Source of the DNA: Myxococcota bacterium
GTDB taxonomy: Bacteria; Myxococcota; JACRCW01
DNA length: 25,765 nucleotides
Reading direction: 5' to 3'
Assembly (NCBI GenBank): GCA_040752415.1
Contig: JBFMGU010000154.1
Coordinates: forward strand, 1-25,765
The number at the start of each line of letters is the position of its first letter. The first letter of the stretch is position 1. This document shows positions 8,678-17,503 of this stretch, piece by piece. The notes beneath the pieces were generated by a model. The model made no database searches and was not told where the DNA came from. It saw only the letters and a program-made list of their open reading frames with translations. Position numbers and translations under genes: made by a program.

Positions 8678-9816
8678 AGGAGCTGCGGGCCACGCTGGCG
8701 TTGCAGTCGTTGCCCTGGCCGGTGCTGGTGGGCCTTGGCGTCATCGGGGCCGTGTTCCAGCTCGCCAATCCCAACTTCCTCACGCCGCTGAACCTCACGA
8801 ATCTCCTCCTGCAGATCGCCGCGACGGGAACCCTGGCCACTGGCATGGTGCTCGTGCTGCTGCTCGGCGAGATCGATCTCTCCGCGGGCGCGGTGAGCGG
8901 TCTGTGCGCGGCGTGCATGGCGGTGCTGCACGTTCGTCACGGCGTCAATGGAGCGCTGGCGGCCGGCGCCGCGCTGGTGCTGGGGGCGACCATTGGCACG
9001 CTGCAGGGCTGGTGGATCACGCGGCTGCGGGTGCCGTCGTTCGTGGTGACGTTGGCGGGACTGCTGGCCTGGCAAGGCGCGCTCCTGTTCGTGTTGGGGA
9101 GCACGGGCAGCGTGAATCTGCGGGATCCCTTCGTCGTCGGGCTCGCGGGCACGTTCCTGCCGTCGGGCGCGGCGTGGATTGCGGCCAGCGTGGTGGTGCT
9201 GTTGCAACTGGCGGCGCGTGTCAGGCACCAGGCGCAGCGGGCCCGCGCGGGCCTTGCCACGTCGTCAACCGGGAACATGGCGGTCCACGCGGTGCTGCTC
9301 ATCCTGGTGATTGGCGGAACCACCGCGGTGTTGACGGCGGACCGCGGATTCCCGCTGGCGGTGGTCATCCTCGTCGGGATGATGGCGGTGGTGGATGGGA
9401 TGGTGACGCGCACCCGCCTGGGACGACACATCCTTGCCGTGGGCAGCAACGCGGAGGCCGCACGACGCGCTGGCATCCCCGTGAGCCGCGTGCGCATCAC
9501 CGCCTTTGCGCTCTGCTCGACGCTGGCCGCGCTGGGTGGTGTGCTCGCCGCGTCGCGCCTGCAGGCGGTGAACCAGTCCAGCGGAAGTGGGGACCTGCTC
9601 CTGAACGCCATTGCCTCCGCCGTCATTGGTGGGACCAGTCTGTTCGGCGGCAAGGGCAGCGCGTGGTCGGCCTTGCTTGGCGCGTTGGTGATTGGCTCCA
9701 TCTCCAACGGCATGGATCTGCTGGCGCTGGAGTCCTCCATCAAGTTCATGGTGACCGGCGCGGTGCTCCTGGTGGCCGTCACCGTCGACGCGCTGGGCCA
9801 GCAGGGCCGCCGCTAG
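8674..9816 (+). CDS. Sugar ABC transporter permease (XylH-like)
   Basis: Multiple hydrophobic segments. Motifs GEIDLSAG, PSFVVTLAG, GSNAEAARRAGI and VIGGTSLFGG. Confidence 0.92.
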   Translation: MKELRATLALQSLPWPVLVGLGVIGAVFQLANPNFLTPLNLTNLLLQIAATGTLATGMVLVLLLGEIDLSAGAVSGLCAACMAVLHVRHGVNGALAAGAALVLGATIGTLQGWWITRLRVPSFVVTLAGLLAWQGALLFVLGSTGSVNLRDPFVVGLAGTFLPSGAAWIAASVVVLLQLAARVRHQAQRARAGLATSSTGNMAVHAVLLILVIGGTTAVLTADRGFPLAVVILVGMMAVVDGMVTRTRLGRHILAVGSNAEAARRAGIPVSRVRITAFALCSTLAALGGVLAASRLQAVNQSSGSGDLLLNAIASAVIGGTSLFGGKGSAWSALLGALVIGSISNGMDLLALESSIKFMVTGAVLLVAVTVDALGQQGRR

Positions 9817-9989
9817 GTACCGGGTCAGAAGTTCCTTCACCGAACACCTCGATCCAAGGCGGTATTTCAGACCGCGCTCCCAGATTGCCGGCCGCGCCAT
9901 CCCATGGGGCGGAGAAGCCCGCACTACCGCTTTGGCTCGGGCAGTCCGGGCTCACCGGGGCTCCGCCACATGTAAACGAAGTTGTTCCC

Positions 9990-10260
9990 GAAGTTGTCAC
10001 GCCGCTTGGCCTCCGTCTGGCAGAGGGCGCCCGCTGGTCCGAGCGAAAGCGGCACTTCATGCCGCAGTCCGAAAGTGCCGGCGGCGTTCGCTCTCGTGGC
10101 AAGGGCCGGCACGTTCCCCGACGTGGCGCGGGTGCGGGCGTTCGCAATTTCACGAATCGGAGTGGTGCCCGCACCCTTTCGGACTGCGGCATGAAGTGCC
10201 GCTTTCCCTCGGAGTAGCGGGCGCCCTCTGCCAGACGGAGGTCAGCGGCGTGACAACTTC
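9990..10260. repeat. 271-bp REP/REPIN-like element with ~85-bp inverted arms
   Basis: Arms 9990-10075 and 10176-10260 are near-perfect reverse complements. Each contains the palindrome AAAGCGGCACTTCATGCCGCAGTCC. Lies between convergent genes. Confidence 0.85.
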
Positions 10261-10278
10261 CACGGGAACCGCCGTAGG

Positions 10279-11184
10279 TCACTCCGACGAGGCGCGCGCA
10301 AGACCGGAGAGCGCCTCCCGTTTCACCGCCTCCATGCCTTCCTGGTGCCCATACGCAGCCAACGTTGCGGCCAGGAACAACGCCAGCACGCGCGCGCGCA
10401 CCAAGGAAGCCTCCTCGACCGGACCATATGCCGCCAGGAAATCCTTCCGCGCTGACGACGGGAGGAAGCTCCACATGAGCTGCAGGTCCACGCCCGGGTC
10501 ACCCTGGTGCAGGTCCCCCCAGTCAATGATGCCGCTCAGCGCTCCGGCCTCGTCGACGAGGAGGTGGCGGAAGTGCAGGTCGCCGTGCAGCAGCGCGCGC
10601 GGGGTTGGAGACGGAAGGCGCGCCGCGCCGTCGAGAAACCGCGGCACGGGTGAATCCCACAGACCCAGCGTGCGCAGCTCCACCAGTCGCGCAACCGTCT
10701 TGGGTACGCGTGCTGCCATGTCCGCACGGCCCATGGGATCCACGGGCACGTCGTCACGGAAGGTCCGGTGGACGTCCGCGTCATGCAGCGCGCGCAGGAA
10801 CGTGCCCAGCGGCCGGGCCAGGGCGGCGCGCGCATCGTCGGAGAGGGCGGCCTCCGCGGATTCCCGACCGCGCACCAGCGCGCAGCCGAAGAAGGGCCAC
10901 GGGAACTCCGCGCACGGCGTGCCCAGGTGCACCGGGGCGGGAACCGGGAGCGGAAGACGCGGCGCCAGGCGCGGCATCACCGCCATCTCCCGACGCACCC
11001 CCGGTAGCGCCACCTCCCGACGAGGAAAGCGGAACACCAACGTGTCATCCACCAGGAACACCGTGTTGTCCCAACCCGCACCCAGCAAGGTCACGCGCCG
11101 CGCTTCCACGTCGGGAAACTGGCTGCGGATGAGCTGCGTCGCCAGCTCGGCCGTCACGGTGATTTCAGCGCGCCACTCCGCCAT
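10279..11184 (-). CDS. Aminoglycoside phosphotransferase (APH/choline kinase) family protein
   Basis: GAGWDN, VFRFPR, Brenner motif HGDLHFRH, and IIDWGD. Confidence 0.9.
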   Translation of the reverse strand: MAEWRAEITVTAELATQLIRSQFPDVEARRVTLLGAGWDNTVFLVDDTLVFRFPRREVALPGVRREMAVMPRLAPRLPLPVPAPVHLGTPCAEFPWPFFGCALVRGRESAEAALSDDARAALARPLGTFLRALHDADVHRTFRDDVPVDPMGRADMAARVPKTVARLVELRTLGLWDSPVPRFLDGAARLPSPTPRALLHGDLHFRHLLVDEAGALSGIIDWGDLHQGDPGVDLQLMWSFLPSSARKDFLAAYGPVEEASLVRARVLALFLAATLAAYGHQEGMEAVKREALSGLARASSE

Positions 11185-11255
11185 GGGCGCACCCTAGCAG
11201 GAGCGGCGCTTGCGTGACCGGCCCGCGGCGGACAAGGTTGGGGCAGGAGCATCCG

Positions 11256-11561
11256 ATGAAGGCATTCTTCGCGGGCATCAAGGCCAAGGACATCGTCGAC
11301 AAGGTGCGAGGTGCGTTGCAGGGTCGCAAGCTCGGTGAGATGAGCCGCCTGGATGTCCAGGGCGACCGCATCGTCATGACCATCTCCAAGCTGGGCACGT
11401 CCGTGCTGGAGTTCCAGACCACCGAGCGGCCCGACGGGACCGAGGTGGCGCTGGTGGCCGAGAAGCTCGCGCTGGCGCACCGGGCGCTGCGCGGTGAGGT
11501 CAAGGAGAAGCTCGCCAAGGTCGTCGAGAAGGCCGGCGGGAAGGTCCTCTCGCTGGATTGA
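11256..11561 (+). CDS. Hypothetical protein (101 aa)
   Basis: AGGAG RBS, ATG at 11256, strong GC3 codon bias, globular-looking sequence. Confidence 0.75.
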   Translation: MKAFFAGIKAKDIVDKVRGALQGRKLGEMSRLDVQGDRIVMTISKLGTSVLEFQTTERPDGTEVALVAEKLALAHRALRGEVKEKLAKVVEKAGGKVLSLD

Positions 11562-11645
11562 TCCCGCCGCCGGGATGTCCGCGCCCACGCTCAACACGGC
11601 GCGCAGCGGCCGCGGATCCTCGACGGGAACCGCATGTGCCCGACG

Positions 11646-11987
11646 TCAACCCTTGCGACCCAGCCGACGCGTGGAGCCCTTGAGCTGACGCCCGCCGGTG
11701 CGTCGGCCCGGCGGTTTCCCACCCACCCGACCCGCGCGTGGGGCCGCGGGCGCCTTGGTACGACGCACGGGCGCCGCTTCACTCACCTTCCGTCCCGGAC
11801 GCACGTTCTTGCGGGTGGGCGAGACGGCTTCCGCCTGGTGTGACTCGCCGCGACGTCGAACCGTGTGCGTCTCCTGCCCGCCGGTCTTGCGCTTGTGACG
11901 CCCGCCGCGATGGTGACCCAACTCCTCGGCACGGTTCACCGCACGTTTCGCCCTGTTCTTCTCGGTGAGGATGGTCCTTCTGGGCAT
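11646..11987 (-). CDS. Small, very basic Arg/Lys/Gly-rich hypothetical protein
   Basis: GAGGGAACCACC precedes the ATG. 113 aa, fills the intergenic gap in the same orientation as its upstream neighbours. Confidence 0.6.
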   Translation of the reverse strand: MPRRTILTEKNRAKRAVNRAEELGHHRGGRHKRKTGGQETHTVRRRGESHQAEAVSPTRKNVRPGRKVSEAAPVRRTKAPAAPRAGRVGGKPPGRRTGGRQLKGSTRRLGRKG

Positions 11988-12048
11988 GGTGGTTCCCTCG
12001 GAAGGTGTGAGGGGTGTTGTAGTGACGGCGCGCTCCCCCCGCAGGAAC

Positions 12049-13212
12049 TCACTGGCAGACGTCCACCTGGAGCTCGAAGGTGAAGTCGCAACCGTCCGTG
12101 GAGTCGTTGGCCGTGGTGTACCGGTTGCCTTCGTTGTCGAAGTAGCTCACGTCGCTGAAGCCGATGAGCGCTTCCAGGTCAGCCTCCGGCACCGCCACGC
12201 CATTCACGTAGTCCGCCAGCGCGCTGGGAACACCCTGCACCAGGGTGCCGTCGCCACGACGGAAGTGCAGCAGCCAGGCCTCGGGGCAGGGTTGTGGCGG
12301 CACGTGCTGGTTGGTGCCGTTGGGATAGATGCGCGCAATGCTCACACCCGCCACGGACGTGAGCACGACGCGCTGGCCCGGTTGCAGGTTGGTGCCGTCG
12401 AAGAGGCGCAGCGGCGCCCACCCGTCGCGGACCTCCGTCTGGTACCAGTGGACGGCGTCTTCGTGCGTGGCCTTCACGTCGGTGTGTGACTCCTGGGCCG
12501 CGGTCTGCGACGTGCACGTCAGGCACTGGTTGTCCACGCAGGTGAGCGGAGCCTCGCAGTCCGAGGGCACGTTGCACGCCCCGCCGCTGGAGCTCGACGA
12601 GCTGGACGTGCTGGAAGAGCTGGACGAGCTGGAGGAACTCGATGAGCTGGAGGAGCTCGACGCGCTGGAGGACGATGAGGAGACGGATGCGCTGGACGTT
12701 GCGCTGCTCGCGGTGCTCACGGCGGTGCTGCTGCTCGCGCTGGTGGAGGTCGTCATCGCGGTGGAGGTGCTCGCCGCGCTCGCCGAGGAGGAGGTCGTTC
12801 CGCCGTCACTGCGGCTGGTGGTGGTGCTCCCTCCCGCGGATGAGGAGGTGCTCACCGCGCCGCTGGATGACGACGAGCTGGTGGCGCTGCCCGAAGCCGC
12901 GCTCGAGTTGGCTGACGCGCTGCCGCCTGACGCCGAGGATGACACCGTCCCCGACGAGGAGGACGCGCTGGACGACTCCTCGGTGACCACCGTGGCGGGC
13001 ACGCAGACCTCACCGTTGCACGTGGTGCCGCTGGGACACGTCTCGCCCGCGGCGCACGTCTGACGGCACCGCGCGTCCACGCACGCGTATCCCGCGGCGC
13101 AGTCGGCGGCTTCCTCGCAAGCATATTCACCGGCGGTGGGACACGCGGAGAGGGCCAGCGTCACCAGCGCGGCGCTGATGCCACAGGAGCGGAGGGCATT
13201 CCGCGGCGTCAT
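12049..13212 (-). CDS. Cys-rich lipoprotein with long Ser/Thr linker
   Basis: Lipobox LALSAC, Cys-rich repeats (CEEAADCAAGYACVDARC), a poly-Ser linker, then a C-terminal globular domain. The start could be slightly upstream (up to 13248). Confidence 0.8.
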   Translation of the reverse strand: MTPRNALRSCGISAALVTLALSACPTAGEYACEEAADCAAGYACVDARCRQTCAAGETCPSGTTCNGEVCVPATVVTEESSSASSSSGTVSSSASGGSASANSSAASGSATSSSSSSGAVSTSSSAGGSTTTSRSDGGTTSSSASAASTSTAMTTSTSASSSTAVSTASSATSSASVSSSSSSASSSSSSSSSSSSSSSSSTSSSSSSSGGACNVPSDCEAPLTCVDNQCLTCTSQTAAQESHTDVKATHEDAVHWYQTEVRDGWAPLRLFDGTNLQPGQRVVLTSVAGVSIARIYPNGTNQHVPPQPCPEAWLLHFRRGDGTLVQGVPSALADYVNGVAVPEADLEALIGFSDVSYFDNEGNRYTTANDSTDGCDFTFELQVDVCQ

Positions 13213-13270
13213 GCGGACCATGAGAGCCAGCACGCACCGGACTGTCAAGATGGTTTCCTGGTGGCGCGGC

Positions 13271-14530
13271 TCACTGCGTGATGGGTGTGCGCTGGCAGTC
13301 GTACGTCACGTCGGTGGTGGGGCCGTGGTCAATGACCTCGAAGTCCGTGGCGCTCAGCGCCGCCAGCGAGAACGGGTCAAATCCCACGTCCGCCCATTTC
13401 ACGGTGCTGAGCACGTCGCTCTGCGCGGTGAGCGTGATGCGCCCGCCGTCAGCCAGGTACATGCCGTAACGCTGCAGCGCGCGCGCCACCACCTGCGCGG
13501 CGGGGTCCAGGTTCTCGACGGGGTAGTCCGCGCGCAGCCGCATGTGGAAGCCATAGGGCCCCGACGTGGTGGGACCCGTGGTGTTGGTGCCGTGGGTGGC
13601 CGGCGCCACGTAGCGACGTTGGCGGATCATGTCGTTGGGAAGGATGAAGCGGAGCGCGTGGTTGATTTCTCCCGCCGCAATCTCCTCGGGCGTGAACAGC
13701 AGCGGGGCGATGGGGAAGCCCGCCGCATCCGCGCTGGTGCACTGCTGGCCGCGGCCATCCGCGCTCACCGTCTGCGTGTCCCAGATGGCCAGGCAGCCGG
13801 TCCGGAACGTGTCGGTGTCGTCGATGGTGGCGTGGTAGACCTCGTAGAGGCGGTTCTCGCTCCGCGCGACGAAGAGCATGTGACAATCCGCGCCGTCGTC
13901 GAAGCCGCCGCAGTTGTAGCCGCTGAACGGGCTGCTGAGCTCGGTGGGCGTGCCATACGTCTCCTCCACCGCGCCATAGGGCGTCACCGGGATGGCCGCG
14001 GTGTCGCAGTCCGGCGTGTAGAAGTAGCCCTCCACCGACTCGTGCGTGCGCTTGGTCGTCCCCGCCGGCACCTCCACCGCCACGATGCTGAAGTCCACCC
14101 GCATGTCCTCCGTGCCCCAGCCGTGCGGCGGCGAATGGCCCACCATCCACGACGTGATGTCCGCGCTGTCGGCGGCCACCGGCGCGTTGGTGACATCCTG
14201 GTACCAGGGCGCGTTGTCCGGGAAGTAGCGCGTCACCGTCTGCACCGCGGGCGCCGCCAGACCGGTCCCGCTGCTCGACGACGTCGACGCTGCGCCGGAG
14301 GATGACCCCGCGCCGGAGCTGCTGGTGCCCGTTGCCGCGGTGCTGGTGCTGCCCGCTCCCGAGGAGCTGCTGCTGGAGGACCCCGCCGAAGAGGACACCG
14401 ACGTGGTGGCGCCGTCTTCCGTGGGCTCGGTGGACGTGGTGGGACAGCCGGACCCGGCTTCCAGCACGGTGATGATGCCGCCGAGCAGGGCAGCGTGGCG
14501 GAGGACGGGATGCGGCGCGGATGCGTGCAT
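13271..14530 (-). CDS. Putative lipoprotein with Ser/Thr linker and uncharacterised globular domain
   Basis: Signal-like N-terminus ending AGSGC, Ser-rich linker, then a domain with GADCHMLFV, CTSADAAGFPIAPLL, INHALRF and ALQRYGMYLADGG. Start at 14530 inferred. Confidence 0.8.
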   Translation of the reverse strand: MHASAPHPVLRHAALLGGIITVLEAGSGCPTTSTEPTEDGATTSVSSSAGSSSSSSSGAGSTSTAATGTSSSGAGSSSGAASTSSSSGTGLAAPAVQTVTRYFPDNAPWYQDVTNAPVAADSADITSWMVGHSPPHGWGTEDMRVDFSIVAVEVPAGTTKRTHESVEGYFYTPDCDTAAIPVTPYGAVEETYGTPTELSSPFSGYNCGGFDDGADCHMLFVARSENRLYEVYHATIDDTDTFRTGCLAIWDTQTVSADGRGQQCTSADAAGFPIAPLLFTPEEIAAGEINHALRFILPNDMIRQRRYVAPATHGTNTTGPTTSGPYGFHMRLRADYPVENLDPAAQVVARALQRYGMYLADGGRITLTAQSDVLSTVKWADVGFDPFSLAALSATDFEVIDHGPTTDVTYDCQRTPITQ

Positions 14531-14664
14531 GGAGCTCCCGGGTCGACGTGCGCAGACACCATAGCCGACGTGTGGCGCATTGACATGAGAACGCGTGCCG
14601 TCGTGGACGGCGGCGACACCTGCAGCCTCTCCAGCTTTCCCGCCGCCAACGAGGACAACGTCTG

Positions 14665-15474
14665 TCAGTGAGCGCGGGTGCGCGCGGCGTCGAGGGCCCG
14701 TCGGTACGCGCTGCCCACCTGCGCAGTGACCAGGCGGCGGGGCAGCACCTTGGCCAGCGCGGCGCCAATGCGGTTGGTCACGCCGGGAACGTACAGCTCC
14801 TCCCGCCTTCGGAAGGCGTCCAGTCCCAGCCGCGCCGCGGTCTCCACCGGCATGGTCCACGCGCGCAACCTGGCGAAGCGCTCTCCCGACGTCATCTCGG
14901 TGTCGATGCCGCCCGGCGCGTAGGTGGTGATGGACAGCTGGCGACCGCGCAGCTCGTGGGAGAGGCCACAGCCGTAGTGCACCAGGAAGGCCTTCGTTGC
15001 GGAATAGGTGGTCTGGTAGGGCACGGGCAGCAGCCCCGCCATGCTGGCCACGAGCATGATGCCGCCGCCGTCATTGCGCTGCTCCATGGGCTTGAGCAGC
15101 TCCGTCGTCATGCGCACCACGCTGGTGACGTTGGTGGAGAGCATGGACTCGAAGTCCTCCCACCGCTGCTCCTGGAACGCGCCGAAGTGGGTCACGCCCG
15201 CGTTGAGCACCGCCGCATGCGCCTGCCGCTCGTTCGCGCGCGCGATGACGCGCACCACGTCGTCGGGCTTGGCCAGGTCGGCGGTGACGGGCTCCAGCTC
15301 CACGCCGGTGCTTTTCAGCTCGTGTCGCAGCTCCTCCAGCCTCTCGGTGCGACGCGCCACCGCGATGACGTGGGCCCCGTGCTCCCGCGCCAGCTGCTGC
15401 GCCATGGCGCGCCCCAGTCCCGACGACGCTCCCGTCACCAGCACCCAGCGTCCGCGGAAATCCATCGGTCTCAT
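14665..15474 (-). CDS. Short-chain dehydrogenase/reductase (SDR)
   Basis: TGASSGLG, NAG, catalytic S...YSATK. Confidence 0.93.
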   Translation of the reverse strand: MRPMDFRGRWVLVTGASSGLGRAMAQQLAREHGAHVIAVARRTERLEELRHELKSTGVELEPVTADLAKPDDVVRVIARANERQAHAAVLNAGVTHFGAFQEQRWEDFESMLSTNVTSVVRMTTELLKPMEQRNDGGGIMLVASMAGLLPVPYQTTYSATKAFLVHYGCGLSHELRGRQLSITTYAPGGIDTEMTSGERFARLRAWTMPVETAARLGLDAFRRREELYVPGVTNRIGAALAKVLPRRLVTAQVGSAYRRALDAARTRAH

Positions 15475-15588
15475 GCGGCAGGCTCCCCTTCCGGGTTGTT
15501 GGCCCGGTTGCCCGCCGCCATAGCACGCGAGGACGCCCGCGGGGTCATCTCCGACGAGACGTGGCCTACCCGCAGCTCCAGCGCCAGC
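15462..15588 (+). repeat. Direct repeat, left copy (at least 127 bp)
   Basis: CCATCGGTCTCATGCGGCAGG...CAGCTCCAGCGCCAGC is identical by eye to 25639-25765. Confidence 0.95.
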
Positions 15589-15591
15589 GGC

Positions 15592-15908
15592 TCACTGGCT
15601 CTTCTCGTACGTCCCCATGATCTGGGCGTTGGCCAGCACGTGCCCCTTCATGGCTTGCTCCACGACGGCCTTGGTGGCGTTCTTGAGGTTCAGCGTGGTG
15701 TCCAGCGCGTAGAGCTTGAAGAAGTAGCGGTGACGTCCCACGGGAGGACACGGGCCGCCGTACGCGTGCTTCTTCCAGTCGTTGAGCCCCACGGTGCCGC
15801 CGCGCGGCGCGCTGCCTTCCTGCGCCTCGGTCACGTCGGGCGGGATGTTGTAGACCACCCAGTGCACCCAGGTGGTGCGGGGAGCGGCCGGGTCGGGAGC
15901 ATCCGGGT
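15592..15908 (-). pseudogene. ybhB: YbhB/YbcL (PEBP/RKIP-like) protein, 5'-truncated
   Basis: PDAPDPAAPRTTWVHWVVYNIP and YGGPCPPVGRHRYFFKLYALD are present. Homology stops just upstream of PDAP, and no family-like N-terminus is seen in the translated upstream frames. Confidence 0.8.
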
Positions 15909-16034
15909 GGGGAAGGGGCTTTCGGCAGGCCCAGTGGGGCAAGTTGAGGCGGCCACTCCAACCGGATTGCCCTTCCGTTGTTGGCCAGGTCCTCTTCGTG
16001 CCAGCCTCCGGGAGGCATGGTTGGAGTCCGCCCG

Positions 16035-16313
16035 GTGACGCGCACTCGATTGAGGTCGAGCCTGGTTCACTCCGTCGCGTACGACGCAGACACCCACGTC
16101 CTCGAGATCGAGCTTTCAGGGCGACGCCTCTACCGCTTCTTCGCGGTTCCGCGCGACGTATATGAGGGGCTGCTGCGAGCTGAGTCGAAGGTCACGTTCT
16201 TCAACCGGGAGATCCGCCCCAAGTTTCCCTTCGAGGGGCCCAAAGATAGACCCCATCGCCTCTTGACGGCCGCCGATGGAGCAGGGCATGACACTGAACA
16301 TGCGGCCAGCTGA
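16035..16313 (+). CDS. KTSC-domain protein
   Basis: GTG start after GGAG. SSLVHSVAYDADTHVLEIEL..RLYRFFAVPRDVYEGLLRAESKVTFFNREIR matches the KTSC pattern. Confidence 0.85.
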   Translation: MTRTRLRSSLVHSVAYDADTHVLEIELSGRRLYRFFAVPRDVYEGLLRAESKVTFFNREIRPKFPFEGPKDRPHRLLTAADGAGHDTEHAAS

Positions 16314-17493
16314 ACACATGCCATTTGAAACCTTCGGCGTCATGCGTCGCGACCGCGAGCCGCTTTTGCGGTTCATGCTCGACGCGCTCGAGCGTGTTGG
16401 CTGCAGAGTGCTGCGAGCATCTCAGCCAGATACCGCGCCCTTCCAGTTCTCTTTCGTTACGCCGACGGGGGAACGAATGGGGGTGGTTGCGTACGCGTTC
16501 TATGCGAACTCCCGACTGACAAAGAACCGGCCCGACGACGAATACCGCTTTCAGATCAAGTACGGGTCGAAGGACGGCAAGGAGCATCGCCTCTGGCAGG
16601 ACCATTTCGGTTTGTACACCACGCTTCTCGTCGGAATCAGCCCCGAGGAGGGCTTCTTCGTCGGCGCTGACCCAGTCCTCAACAGTCCGACGAAGTTTTT
16701 CATCTCGAAGGAGTTCAAGCGCGCGCGTGTGGAGCATGTCATTCGCGACGGTTGGCATACGTGGGAGCGAGACCGCCGAGCGGGGGATGAGAGTCCCGTC
16801 GAGGTGCTCGTTGGCGGCACGGCGCACGCCTTCCTCCGGTACGTGCGACTCGAGCGAGAGGCGCTCGGAGAGGACCAAGGCCATCGGCAGTTGCTCGCAG
16901 AGCGCGCAAGCGACCCGGCGTGGGTGGGCACCATCGTGCGACAGGTCCCCGCGCCCGACGTGGTAGCAGTTCCAAATCAGATTCACCGCCTCGCTGAGGA
17001 GTTCGAGCTGCGAGAGGCGGAGGTGCTGGACCTCATTGCGCAAACGCGCCGGCTCAAAATGGCAGTGCGTGGTTGGGTTGCGGAGGAACATCTGCTGAGG
17101 CGGCTGAAGGCCGTGTCGGGCGTGACGGACTGCGCCCGCCTCGATGAGGAAGGCGGGCCGGACTTGCGTCTGCGCTACCGAGGTAGTCGGCCGCTCTCTA
17201 TCGAGTGCAAGAACGTTTTGCGTCAGCGAACACGAGAGGGTCTTCCGCGCGTGGATTTCCAGCGGACCAGAGCGTCGAAGTCTGATCCGTGCTCGAGATA
17301 CTATTCGGCGTCCGACTTCGACGTGCTCGCGGCCTGTCTTCACGCCGTGATAGAGCAATGGGAGTTCTCATTCGCTCTGCCGCGGACGCTCGATGCCCAC
17401 GCGAAGTGCAAAGGGAAGCTGTCCAACAACGTTCGCGTCGACGACCGATGGCAGCGACAGGCCGAGGTCATTCTGGCACAGGCCGCCGCGTGA
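16276..17493 (+). CDS. Putative restriction-like endonuclease: N-terminal methylase-associated (MTaX1-like) domain plus C-terminal PD-(D/E)XK nuclease
   Basis: C-terminal GWVAEEHL...GPDLRL...IECKN is an E...PD...ExK active site. Ends 10 nt upstream of the methylase. Start uncertain (ATG at 16276, 16288, 16300 or 16318). Confidence 0.72.
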   Translation: MEQGMTLNMRPAEHMPFETFGVMRRDREPLLRFMLDALERVGCRVLRASQPDTAPFQFSFVTPTGERMGVVAYAFYANSRLTKNRPDDEYRFQIKYGSKDGKEHRLWQDHFGLYTTLLVGISPEEGFFVGADPVLNSPTKFFISKEFKRARVEHVIRDGWHTWERDRRAGDESPVEVLVGGTAHAFLRYVRLEREALGEDQGHRQLLAERASDPAWVGTIVRQVPAPDVVAVPNQIHRLAEEFELREAEVLDLIAQTRRLKMAVRGWVAEEHLLRRLKAVSGVTDCARLDEEGGPDLRLRYRGSRPLSIECKNVLRQRTREGLPRVDFQRTRASKSDPCSRYYSASDFDVLAACLHAVIEQWEFSFALPRTLDAHAKCKGKLSNNVRVDDRWQRQAEVILAQAAA

Positions 17494-17503
17494 GGAGCCC
17501 GCC

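Noticed and set aside
10279..11184. APH gene as an antibiotic-resistance determinant
   Set aside because: Only family-level kinase motifs are visible. The substrate cannot be inferred, and the gene is not in a mobile context.
9932..11197. Long antisense ORFs over real genes (also 5982-6761, 13136-14305, 14668-16038, 16201-17358)
   Set aside because: Expected stop-poor shadow frames in high-GC DNA. The opposite strand carries clear family motifs.
12329..13063. Plus-strand ORF with LEELDELEELDE repeats and 9-bp periodicity
   Set aside because: It is the antisense shadow of the poly-Ser linker in the minus-strand lipoprotein, not a separate gene or repeat array.
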